NCBI GenBank assembly: GCA_020891255.1 | Contig: BQFW01000012.1 | Span: 930,001-994,000 of the forward strand | Origin: Entomortierella parvispora E1425 | Taxonomy: Eukaryota; Fungi; Mortierellomycota | DNA length: 64,000 nucleotides | Direction: 5' to 3' | Made by a program: the position numbers and the translations under genes | Notes under the pieces: model-generated | Told to the model about the DNA's origin: nothing | The model's database searches: none | Seen by the model: only the letters and a program-made list of their open reading frames with translations | In this document: piece after piece, positions 35,873 to 46,949 of the stretch | How the letters are laid out: every line of letters starts with the position of its first letter | How positions within the stretch are numbered: position 1 is the first letter of the stretch

Positions 35873-38800
35873 TTACTCTTCTACTCTCTTCTTTGTCAAC
35901 TCTTCCATCCCGCTGTCGTCAACAGGGGCCTTTCGTTTGACGCCTTGTTTGACATCACTGGGGATTTGAATTTTCGAAGTGGGCCCTCGTCTTCGATAGT
36001 TTGGGTCTTCCCAAGGGTAGTTGTTGTTTGCATCCCGGGGTTGGAGGTAGCGGGGTCGCCTTTGGTTGAGAAGATGCTCTTGAATAACGTTGCACATGTT
36101 ATGACCCGCCATCACATCCCTATGCATGAATGCTTTGCATTTCGAGCAATACAGTCGCCTGAGGTCAACTTGCCCCACAAACTCTGTACAGACTGGACAG
36201 CGCTGGGAGGTATAATACTCGTTGACACCAACGACAATGTATCCCAGTGATCGTGCCTAAACAATGAACGAGCAATTGATCGTTAGAAATAAACGCAAAA
36301 GTGTTGAAGAGAGTAATAGAGTAGTGACAATTACCTGCTGCACAAAATAAGTTTCAAAGGAGCTGTGGAGTGTTGTCAGTCTCATGGACGACGAAAACTG
36401 TCCAAGACCAATACCGATGATGACCTTGTTGCCATCTTCCTGCTTTGCACCTAGTGATCCCCCCACAAGCTCCAACAAGCGATTGGCGACCATCCTGTAC
36501 TCTTCCTGTCTGGCCTTCTGAGCATTCCACTTGTGTTTTTTCAAAACAACACTGTCATAGAACTCTCGAAGAACCGGTCCTGCAGCTTTCACCGCTTCGG
36601 TGTATTTCGCAATGGATGCATTTGGACCATGGAGGGGCGGTAGGTTCGTCTCGATCGCAGCAATCGACTTCCTGTCCTGAGATGTCTGGTTTTTTCTGTG
36701 CTCCAACCACCTCCTGTGTTTTAAAGTAGGTTGGTACACCGCCTTCTGTTTCACGGACAAGTTGAAAAACTTTGTTGACACACTCGTCTGAGTCTTCTTG
36801 TCAAGTGTTCCTGCAGGCTGGTCCTTCCCGTCGTGTGGTACCACCGTGCAATGATCCTTTTTGTCGTCAAGTGCCTCTGCAAGTTCTTTTTTTGCCAAAC
36901 ACGTTGGCTGGTCGTGATGAAGGTAACAGTGCACTAGCACCAACTACAAACGCCTGTCCCAAGTCGATCCCGAGCACTTTGATTTGACTTGGGTGGCACC
37001 CCCAAAGTCTCTGCACGTCCTCTTCGGATTTAATCACATTCCTGACTTCGGTCAAGTAATGATCTGTTCCACCCAAGGTAGAGGTGAGACGAGCTGGTAG
37101 TCGGTCTTCTTGTAAACGCCTGTACTTGACGCAATGAAGCTCGTTGAGTTTGAAGGCAAGGAGTTGGAGAAGGAAGCCATCCGTCCTGATCGATCCTCGC
37201 AACAGATAACCTTTTGCCGTGTACGAACCGGGATTCTTGACTGGATTGAAGTCTTCGTGCTGAAATGAAAGAAGATGTTCTCTCATTCCATCAACTGACA
37301 TCCGTAATGTTGACCTCGAAAAGTTCCTCAGTTTCTTCCTCTTGATAGCGGAGTATCCCCCTATATCTGTCAGCCACTTGTTGATAAGCACGCCTGGCGA
37401 TATACCTCCGAGCCAATTCACTACATCAAGTTGCGATATTGCTGGGAGATACGTGCTGGGATAATCGACCTTCGCGTACTGTTGCAATTGTTGGCGGAAT
37501 GGAAGGTCGTTCCAAAGTAGGGCCACCAAGTCAGGCTCGGAGAGTGTAATAAAGCCGCTGTCAAAAGTTGACATTGGAGTAAGACACCGACGGCTTCCTG
37601 TGATCTTATTCATGATCATAAAGTTCTCTGCTGCAGTCAGCTTGCAGTCAATGCGATCTACGGTGTCAGCGGGCAACAAACCTCGCTCCTTCTTAAAACG
37701 GATCTTTGAGACGAGGGATAGCAGAAAAGAGGGGGGAAAAAATGTGAGTAAATTGCGATACTCTCCCTGGTTTACATTGTCATCAGATGGGGCAGCGAAT
37801 ACCTGCTTGCACAGCTCGATTGTCCCTTGCTTGAAGTGTCTTGAGTACTGCGCGCAGAGCTGCACAGCTGATGTTCGAACGAAGGATGATGCCGGATATA
37901 ATATCCTCATGGCTAAGTCAATACAGGCAGCGTTAGTTTTTTTTTTTTTTTGCACCGTCTATTCAGTCGGTGTCCAAGGTGCATTTGTCAACTCTTACAG
38001 TTATCTGGAAGGGTTAGATTATCTCCGGCCTTGTCCATGAATAGGCACACGGCCTTTCCATATTTACTTGTAGTAGCGGGGCGAGTCCCAGAGTGCATCG
38101 CTGTAAGAAGTGAGAGAAAAAACCTCACGGGACCGTTCCTCCTCTCAAGCTTGCTGTCATGTTCCATCGCCTTCACGATTTCGCCATTGGCATCCTGAAG
38201 TTCGCCTGTCACTGTTTCCGATGTGGTGAAAGGAAGGCAGAGACACGACATAATAAGTTTTTCCGACTCATCTGCGACCGACAGACTCTCAAGGAATATT
38301 CCAATTGCTCTTTCGCAAGTTATCTTCAAGTCATACGAGAGCTTGACAACCTTTTGAAGATGCCATTTCATCCGAGGTCGAAGGTCAATTGATTTGCCGT
38401 CATTGTCACAGAGTTTCTTCTTGGACCATGCCCTTTTCATATTCGCATTGATTGTTCCGACACTGAGAGTTCTGGTGGGGTGCTCCCTTTCAAGCCTATT
38501 CACAAGTTCAAATTTCTCCATTTCGGAAATTGGTTTTGGTGGCGGCTTTGGCGTGTCTGGGACTCCAGAGGCGCCAGAGGCTTTTGATGCCAAAGGAGGA
38601 TCTGGCGTTTTTGGCTTTTGGGAAGGAGGTTTAACCTCAAGTTCCCATGGCGATGCGGGCGGGGCTGTCCACGGTATCCACTTGTGTTGCTTCATTAAAC
38701 GGGGAGGGTCGTGCTCCGTCATTCGGGATCGAGTCTTGATGGCATAGCGTTGTCGGTATTTATATTTCCTTCCCGACGCGTGAGGAGGCGGTGGTTCTAG

Positions 38801-40078
38801 CGGTGCACGGTCCACAGTACTGTATCGATTAAATACAGGTGGGCCCTCTCTCACAAGGTTAGATGATGTCAACCTATCAGATGTTGAAGTTGAATGTATG
38901 TCAATAGAGAGTTGGCTAGTACCGTTACCAATTAACCATGTAGAGAATATACCTGCTTTCCACCTCGACTTCACTCAAACGCAAATGCAGATTCTTGCGC
39001 CTTTGTAACACAGATTCATGTGTTAAAGACGCGTCCGCCTGGTGAACCCCACCGTTTTCGCAAGGTAACTGTAAAAGTACTGCAGGCGTTGGAAGGGTGA
39101 ACTCTTGAAGTGAAAACACCTTCAAGGCAGAGTCAAAATGTGCAGCGCTTGATTGTTTGCAAACAACGTCTTCGTGGTCCATATAAGCGTTCACCATAGT
39201 CCTAACGTCTATTGCAAGTGCTGCTATGTAGAGAAGCGATGTTAGATCCAAAGTGGTGCAAGCAATAGGGAAACAACGGTCCTTTTGAACTTACGGCTTT
39301 TTTCCAATGATTTGATGATATCAAGATTCGTGTACAGGCCCAATCGAGGTAGATTCGAAGTGTAGTCGTTACGGGAGACCACGCCAAGAGTTGTAAGACC
39401 GGTTCTGGAAAGTCCCAGATGTAGCAAAAGCTCCGCGACAGTGTACACAAGGTAGCCAGTTCTACCAAAAGGCCTCCAGATCGCGCAGATTGTTGGGTGT
39501 ATTAATGTGTCGCTGTCGCCCGAGAGCACTACGTCGTTACTAGTGCAATCCTGGGCGATCGCAATATCTGCCTCTGATATGCACTCCACAACCGTCCAGC
39601 CTTGGCTCTGAAGGTACTGAGCGAGGGATCTTCGAAACTCTTGCTTGAAGTAAAAAGTAGCACCGATCAGCCTGTCGAGCTTTCTGTGCTGCTGCTTCTT
39701 GAGTTTCTTGCCAAACTTTACGATTGCCTCCATGTCGTCAAGGCAGGCTCCAGCTTTCGCCAGGGCTTTAATACGCTTCGCCTCCCGATGTTGCTGTGTT
39801 GTGCTCTTTTCTTCTGGTGATGGACCATCCAAGTACAATGTTGTGACTGATTTGGGAAGTTTACAAGCACGAAGGTGGTTCTCGAAGAGGATGTTGGCTT
39901 CCAGCAAGTTGTTTTTGACATAGACTCGGCGGATGGTGGGAAAAAATGAGCCAAGAACATCTACTCGAAGACGAAAGTCTGGAGAGTCTGGTGGTATAGA
40001 GTGGTAAGGGAGTGTGTCATGAAAAGCAGCCGTGAAGCCTCGCTTCTTGACAAGTGGCCACAGATGAGGGATGCCCAT
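35873..40078 (-). CDS. XPG/FEN1-like nuclease fused to a TnpB/Fanzor-like RuvC-zinc finger (~1260 aa spliced); 1-nt frameshift at A7 run 36887-36893
   Basis: Introns at 39224-39294, 38874-38952, 37913-37998 and 36257-36334, plus a probable in-frame intron at 37704-37802. N-terminus: MGIPHLW, RVDVLGS, LYLDG, SEADIAI, SGDSDTL, RNDY..LPRLG. C-terminus: SIRTDG, VLGIDLG (D 36963-36965), GVNEYYTSQRCPVC (E 36218-36220), CSKC, MHRDVMAGHNM (D 36116-36118). Confidence 0.8.
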
Positions 40079-40461
40079 CCGGGCAACTTATTGGATAGGT
40101 GGATAGTGGATGTAAGGTGTAAGGATGTAAGGGAGTAAGGACGTAAAGGTGTAAGGAAGAGAGTGGTCAAGAAAGAGGGAGAAGAGAAGCAAGGAAGACA
40201 GAGTGATGAGGAAAACGGCCGAAAGAAGGAAAGGTGCCTCTTTTGAACCAAACAAGCGGTCCAAGAGTATGTTGTGTGGTTTTTGCCACCGTTCTGCATG
40301 AATGCCCTCCTCCCACCTTTGTGTGACCGGACTGACCCCTGATTTTTATTTTTTTTTGGGAAGAAAACACAGGCACAAGGGCGGACAGGGGACGCGTTTG
40401 TTTCAGCAATCCTTCTGCTCTTTCCCACCCCCCAGCAGTGGATGGCTGCTTGGTCCTTGGC

Positions 40462-43143
40462 ATGGAGACCCTTAAAGTGAAAGATATTTTCCTTCATCCT
40501 AAGGACTTCAACCCTCGACTCCCCGTGCAACCGTATTCTCATCCACGAGACCAAGATTGCTGGAATGCCAAACTTTCACCTTCAGAATTTAAAGCATTCT
40601 GGCATGCAGAAAGAACCGCCATCCAATTCGACCATCGCTCTGAAGGTGGATCTAACCGTGGGAATCAACAACTGGGATCCAGATAGGCCACTCCCTGTCT
40701 ATTTGAAGAAACATACTGGTTCGAAAGGCACTCCCAAAAAAAAATGACTGGAGCTTTTTATTCCGCTGTAGACGTTGGACCGATCCCAAGGTATTGGGCA
40801 GTGGTCGCGTCGGCGTTGGAACTGGATGTGGAGTGTTCGTCAGGATGACCAAGCCTGTTGGGAAGGAGGAAGTGGAGGTGACCTACCATTGGCGACACAA
40901 TCATGACGATTCTCCAACGACCAGAGCCAAGATCCCGATGGGCAGGAATGAACTTGACTGGATCAAGTTCAAGGTTGCCGAAGGTTGTGATTGGCATTCC
41001 ATTAGATCAAGTTTGCGATTATCAAATGAAGCACTTTTGAAGGTTAAGGCAGTTTACATTGAATAATTGAATGGTTGTTGCGCTGTCAGCCCTAATGAAC
41101 ATCATGCCTTTTGAATCATAGCTTGAGCAAACGGACCGTCAACAGACTCCTCTCGACTTTGTTCCTCCTGCGTTGACGATGCTATATGATGATGTGCGAG
41201 CGGCTGTGTATCGTCAAAAAACACTTGAGTCTCGGAAATCGGCATATCCCACACTCAGTGTGAAGCTCTGGCTCGAACAAATCGGGCTCCAGGGAGGCAA
41301 AGGCAAATTCATGGACGCGATAGAAGGAGACGCGACAAAGTTCATGTGTGCTTGGTCAACAAAATTTCAGCTGAAGGTAAGTTCCAACTGACTGGAGCTC
41401 ATATCTAATATACACTGCTTACTACTTACAGTACAAAGGACAATTTACTTGAACGATCTTAGGTCATGGAGGCTAACACCGGGATCATGTGCATGGACTC
41501 CACTCATAAAACTGTGAAGTCGTTGTTGCCGAGTCGTGACAACGATATGGTATATACTTCTGGTTTTCTGTTTACAATTCTTGTTCGAGACCGAAAGACG
41601 CACAGCAGTGTACCAATTGCATTCATGATTTGCAATTCCGAATCGATGTAGGTCCAATTCTGGGGTTTGCTGTTCTACCTTCGTTACATGGCCATAGTTC
41701 TGATATTAGCTCTAACTGCAACTACAGCGAAACTCTTACCAGTTGGTTGCTCTGGCTCAAAGAAGACTGCGGAATGAATCCATCAAAGTTCATGGTGGAC
41801 TGCTCTGTTGTCGAGTCAGAAGCAATTGCGCGAGTGTTTCGGCGTATGGATATCTACTACTGCTCGTTCCATGTTGGGCAGGCATGGGAACGGAAATTGC
41901 GGGAGCTCCACAACGTAAGAGCGATGGCTTGACAAGTAAGCATGTCCCCATGCACGCAAATTAATATCTGTTAACACAACTCTATAGGTGGAGGACAGTA
42001 ACCGTATGAGAGGCGCCATGAAAGCCATCCGAAAGGCAGGCACTGACGAAAAAAGAGTGGAAGCAATGAACAATTTTGAAGCGCGGTTTTTACCGGGGGC
42101 GCAAGCTCTTGTTAATTACCTTAAGAAGTGGATGCTGCCCCACAAGTTGGAAAAGTGGGCCATCTATATGAGACAGGTGCAGCCACCTCTGCAAAGTTTT
42201 CAATAGTTAACAACTTGTGAGCTCCTAGAGATATTAACCCTCCGGAGCTCCTCATTTCTCTTTTAGGGTCACCAAGAGATCAATACCAATAATCTGGTCG
42301 AAAGTTGGCACAAAACCCTGAAGTCTCAGCATCTCAGGAAGGAGCGCAATCTACGTGCAGACGACTTGATATACATTCTGCAAGGCGTCGTAGACGTAGA
42401 CTTCAGGACAACGTACTTCAGGATCGAAAACGACATGCAGCAAATCAAACTCCTTGAGCACGATCAGACAAGGAAGAGCAAAGCAATGGTCTTACACTTC
42501 AATGAAGCTCAAGCCATGGTTACAGCAATTATTCAGGAGCAAAAGGTATCTACTTCTTCTACTCCTTTCCAAACTTGCTCTGAAAAATATTCTAAACGTT
42601 TCCACTTGTCATTGTGTGTGGCTGGAGTAGTTCTTAGTCCAGTCGTTTTCTACTCCCAACACAAAGTACTCCGTTGATACAAACAAGAACTATTCTCACC
42701 TCGTTTCGTGTTCTTGTCCTGACTTTGTCAAAGAGAACATCCCATGCAAGCACATGTATCTGTCACAGAGAATTTACCCAGGCTTGAAGGTCTCTTTTAT
42801 TGGCGACACCTCTCCTGAAGAACAAGACATCAAGCCAAATCCTGAACCTGAATCGCCCGTATGTTCGTTGGAGGCGACATTGCCTCCACTAATTCGCCTC
42901 ATGCTTCAAAGACAGAGAGCTGAAAAGGCACATGCCGCTCGAGTTGCCAAACAACAGGAGAATGACCAAGCATTCATGGACTGCGAGACTGCAATGGAAG
43001 CATCCTGGAAAGCTATAGGAGAAGCATTAAGAACGACTAAAAAAAGAAGATGTACTCTCCAGTACATGCAGAGCACTGCAGCAGCCCTCAGAAACGTACT
43101 CTCCAGTACATGCAGAGCACTGCAGCAGCCCTCAGAAACGTAG
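40462..43143 (+). CDS. Mutator/MULE DDE transposase with SWIM zinc finger (5' structure uncertain, possibly disrupted)
   Basis: Multi-exon. WRKY/GCM1-like FRCRRW...GC...YHWRHNH, then MCMDSTHKT (D), FMVDCS (D), YYCSFHV (CxxH), TNNLVESWHKTLK (E) and SCSCPDFVKENIPCKHMY (SWIM). Confidence 0.85.
43052..43139 (+). repeat. Perfect 44-bp tandem duplication in the transposase 3' end
   Basis: The unit GTACTCTCCAGTACATGCAGAGCACTGCAGCAGCCCTCAGAAAC occurs at 43052-43095 and 43096-43139. Confidence 0.95.
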
Positions 43144-43370
43144 AACTTGAAGTTCTTGGGCTGAACACTTCCCAAGCAGGAAGGCAATGCCAAAAATGAT
43201 CAATTGAGACAATTAACTGGAGGGTCAATTGACTCTCCTTAATATATTAAATAAATCTAGAATAAAATTAAGTGGAAAAAGAGACTGCCAAACGGCAGCC
43301 AATCAGCGATTTCTAGCGCTAAAAACGCGATTCTCCCACCCCAGGAAGTGGCACAATTGAATCTATTTGA

Positions 43371-43835
43371 CACGTCACCGGACGTAATTATCGCTACAAC
43401 AATAATATATTTTGCGGTTGAGCAAAATCCTCCTAGGGTGGGGGTGATCTTGGTGAAAGGGCGGCCAGGAGAGTTGTCAACCCTGCCAAAAGGGCTGGTC
43501 GAGGAGTCTTGATGGTCCTGAGCTCGGCTATTGATTCTCATGCTGGGAAAACAAAGGAGTTGGGGTTAGAAAGAGTAAGTACAGGGAAGAACAGGCGAAA
43601 GGAGACCTTGGTTGTTGAGGTGAAAGGGGTGCGTTTTGACTAACCCCTGGGAGAAATGCGCCATCCTGTCATGTTCCGGTCTTGGGTTTGGGAAAGGGGA
43701 GAAGGAGGAAAGGAGCGAGGTGAAAGAGTGGCAGGATGGAAGGAGGGTCCTTTTATTGCTGTGGCCGTAGCACCGCTTGGTTCCCATGGTGTGTGGACTC
43801 TTTCCTTCTCCTGTGGTTGAGAACGCTGATCAGTC
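43371..43835 (+). repeat. 465-bp direct repeat, copy A
   Basis: Matches 46950-47415 with 1 indel and 2 substitutions (read by eye). Confidence 0.95.
43372..43380 (+). repeat. Candidate 9-bp target-site duplication ACGTCACCG (right copy)
   Basis: Identical to 35761-35769. It is also the start of the 465-bp duplicated segment. Confidence 0.55.
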
Positions 43836-43950
43836 AGTCAGATTGGATATTGCATGTCAAATGCCAGTTAGGTGCAGCATTTACGATAGTTGAAAGATGA
43901 TTTTCCCTCTATCGAGACGAGACGAGACGAGACGAACTAACAACAGTTTA

Positions 43951-46828
43951 TTACTTTTTGGAGGCAGGACTCGTCGATGAAATTGAAGGAACTGGAAAAG
44001 CTGTTGAGCCCGAGGCTGCAGGAGGAGGAAGCTTCAGCGAGTTGACCTCTGATAAGGGAACATATTGCACCATTTCGATTAGTCGCCTTCGAAAACTCTC
44101 CAGTAACCTCAGACGAGAAGGATCCATGGCTTGATCACTTTTGTTTTCCGTGGTCAGAATTCCAGAGAGCTCCTTCATTTCTTGCGAATTCTGTATAAGA
44201 TGATCACTGACCCATTTCCGACTCTCTTCTGAGTCGCCCCCTATCCATTTGTCGCCCCAGCGAACCGCAAGTGAGCCGCCTCCATCCAAGTTGTCAGCAT
44301 GGTTGGTGCCAGACACTGTCAGTGAAGGTGAACACGACAAGAGGGTATCCAGCTCAATCAACAATTTGCGCCATAGGCTGTAATCCGATTTTTTCCGCTG
44401 CAGTTCAGGCCATGATCGGATATCTTGAATTACTCTCCGGATGTCAATCATATTGCCTTGGCCGTGCTTATGCTGAAGACCAGACAGCAGTGGTAGTGAG
44501 GATTTTGTCTCGATTGCAGCCATTCCGTCCGAAACCGACTCTACTTGAGCGGTCGACCCTTGTTGCTGTTTTCTTTCCACAGCTAAACCCTCTGTATCAC
44601 CAGGATTTTCTGTAAAGGACCGATCTAATTTGATACTCTCTGGTTGAAGTACTTTAAATTCTTGATTCCAAAGTTCAAGAGGTATACGTGTGTCGGTCCT
44701 GCTGGGCTCCTGCACTTCGTCCCGTATTACTACCGCTACTTTGTCTGCGATTGAACTTGCTCCTCGGGTGAGCCTCTCGACTTTATCTCTGACATAGCTC
44801 TGTATCTGCAGCAACCCTGCGGAATGCTGCTCGCTTAGTTTAGATAAATCAGAAGCCTCTACAACACCTTCAAGGAACATGGCCAAACTTTGCACATAAG
44901 ATTCGCCTTGTTCGTCACCAAATACCATTCCTGTATACGCAGAAATGTTCTGGATTCCCACTTGACTGCCAGTACTGCTATCCGAAGGGCTGGTGCAAGG
45001 AAACGCTCCATAGTCCAGTGCTGTGGCCGCCCGGGCTACCGTAGGTGATGAGACATTCCCATAGGGATAATCGTCCAGTAACTGACCGGAGTAGGGACTT
45101 GCATTAGACATAAAATTCGAAAGGGTCGGCGCTGATCCAAAACTTGCGCCAACTGGAACTAACGACCAGGGATCAGGATGAGAAGCAGGATCGATAGAAC
45201 CATCGGTTGAGTAACTAAAAGCAATGGTTCCGTCTCTCCTGTGCTTAATCTTTTTGGACTTCCTGTATTGCTGAGGAGTATGAGGTCTACCTGGATCTGC
45301 CATTGACATTGGGGACTACGGAAGGATGTTATTAAAAAACAGCGTCTGAAATGAAAGGTTCCTAACATTCGCATATGTTCAACTTACATCCAGAGTCCCG
45401 TCTGCACTCAATATTGGAGCCCTGTTCGATAGCGGCGTTACAACATGCAGAGGCATAATACTGTGGTCGCCTATTCCGACAACATCGAGGTTCTCCTCGT
45501 CCTTCACAACCGTCAGAACGTCCTCGTCCCTATCAAGGATCGTCTTTCGGTCTCGTTCAATGGCCTTTGAGCCCCATTCCCACAGCTTATCAGCTTGCTT
45601 CCAATAGAGAGTTTCTTTCGAATTATACAATCTGGCGTTGTCACACACCAGCTTGAAATCCACCAGAAATTCCTCGATGTTTGGATAAAATCCACGCTCC
45701 ACCTTTGCTCTCATAGTAGAAAAATCCATTGGATTCTTAATGACAGAAGCGTAATCGGGGACCAACACAGGGTCTACTGGATGTGAGAATAAGACATACG
45801 AGTCCTTTCTAAAGACAGAGTATAGTTATAAGGCATCAGAAATAGAAATAAACCCAACAGCCCGATACAAGACTAGGTGATCTTCAGTCTACCCCATACC
45901 TTATAAAGCTATCCAGTAATTTGTGGCATACCACAGAAAGCTCTTTCTTCTTAGGGACCATTGGCGTTACTAGTTTGGGTGTCAACGGGCGTCTCTGTGT
46001 TTTGGGTTTTTTTGGCGGCTTGACCGAGTGTTCTCGCGAATCCACACTTATTGTCTGCGAGACTTCCGACTGCTCAGTTTCTTCCCGTTGAAAAAAGTCA
46101 CCACGCTCTTGTTCAGCCTCCGGGGTGAGAGCTGGTTTGACATCCTCTGAAGGCTCGCCAAGATATCGGGGGTCGAGCTCTGGATCTCTCTTCCCAAACT
46201 CGTGGTCCGCGGCGGAGAGTGTCGAGTCATCCTCCAAAAAGTGACCAGGGTTATGGTGAGGACCGAATGAGTCGTCAGGGTCGTCATGGTGTGGATGTCG
46301 GTGTTTGTGTTTGTGTTTCTTTTTCTTCTTCTTGTGTGAATTTTCATGCTGAATGTCCTGATTATCTTGCAAGTGATGATGACAGGCTTGCTTATAATCA
46401 AGCTCGCCAGCCTCGTCTATCCCAGTTTCATAGACCTCTGACACCTGCCGCTTTTTCTTCGATGCGTCAGCTTCATGACCTGCCTTGCCTGTGGAGGTTG
46501 TTGCCAAAGAAAGAGCGGGTAGCCTCAGAGATATTTTGATCGGAGGCAACTTTACGGAAGACGGCAAATTAGACGAGGATGCGCCAACCTGATCTTGCTG
46601 TGGGTCATGTTCAACATCGTAGCGACTATGCCGCTCCTTCTTGCTTTTCTTTTTTTTTCTCTTTCCGCGGCCATTGCCTGTGCTTTCCCAGGATATTCCA
46701 TCGTCGTCTAGTTTGTTACCAGTGTCTCTTTTGATCTCGTTGTTGTGGTGTCCTGCAGAATTATGAGTATGATGGGTATAGATGGAATCCGATGCGGAAG
46801 GAGAGGAAGGGCTGCGTGCAGAGCCCAT
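43951..46828 (-). CDS. Bromodomain-containing protein (BRD7/BRD9-like architecture)
   Basis: Exons ~46828-45900, 45808-45388 and 45315-43951. Bromodomain LFSHPVDPVLVPDYASVIKNPMDFSTMRAKV...FKLVCDNARLYN. The start codon is uncertain. Confidence 0.82.
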
Positions 46829-46949
46829 TGGCCAGATCGTTTGTAATTTAGAATCCACTGAATGAATTTGTTGCGTGTGCGTGGATCAGGTGCCGCTGTG
46901 CATCAGTGAAAGGCTGATTTTGAGAATGCAGGACAATCCACCCCATAAT

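Larger units (their letters stand above)
35770..43371. mobile_element. Composite Mutator-like (MULE) element carrying a Fanzor/TnpB-like gene; no clear TIRs
   Basis: Contains a MULE transposase and an XPG-RuvC gene head-to-head, bounded by 9-bp direct repeats. The boundaries depend on the TSD interpretation. Confidence 0.6.

Noticed and set aside
39242-40078. Stand-alone host RAD2/EXO1/FEN1 repair gene
   Set aside because: A canonical phase-compatible intron (39224-39294) and the following introns link it in frame to the RuvC part, and it lies inside the candidate element.
35746-43323. 13-bp inverted match TTTAGCGCTAGAA (35746-35758) / TTCTAGCGCTAAA (43311-43323) as MULE TIRs
   Set aside because: The match does not extend, no TSD flanks it, and the core is itself a palindrome lying among promoter-like motifs. 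It is kept only as an alternative boundary hint.
43371-43835. 465-bp repeats as LTRs of a retroelement
   Set aside because: No TG...CA ends, PBS, PPT or TSD, and the enclosed gene is an intron-containing host bromodomain gene.
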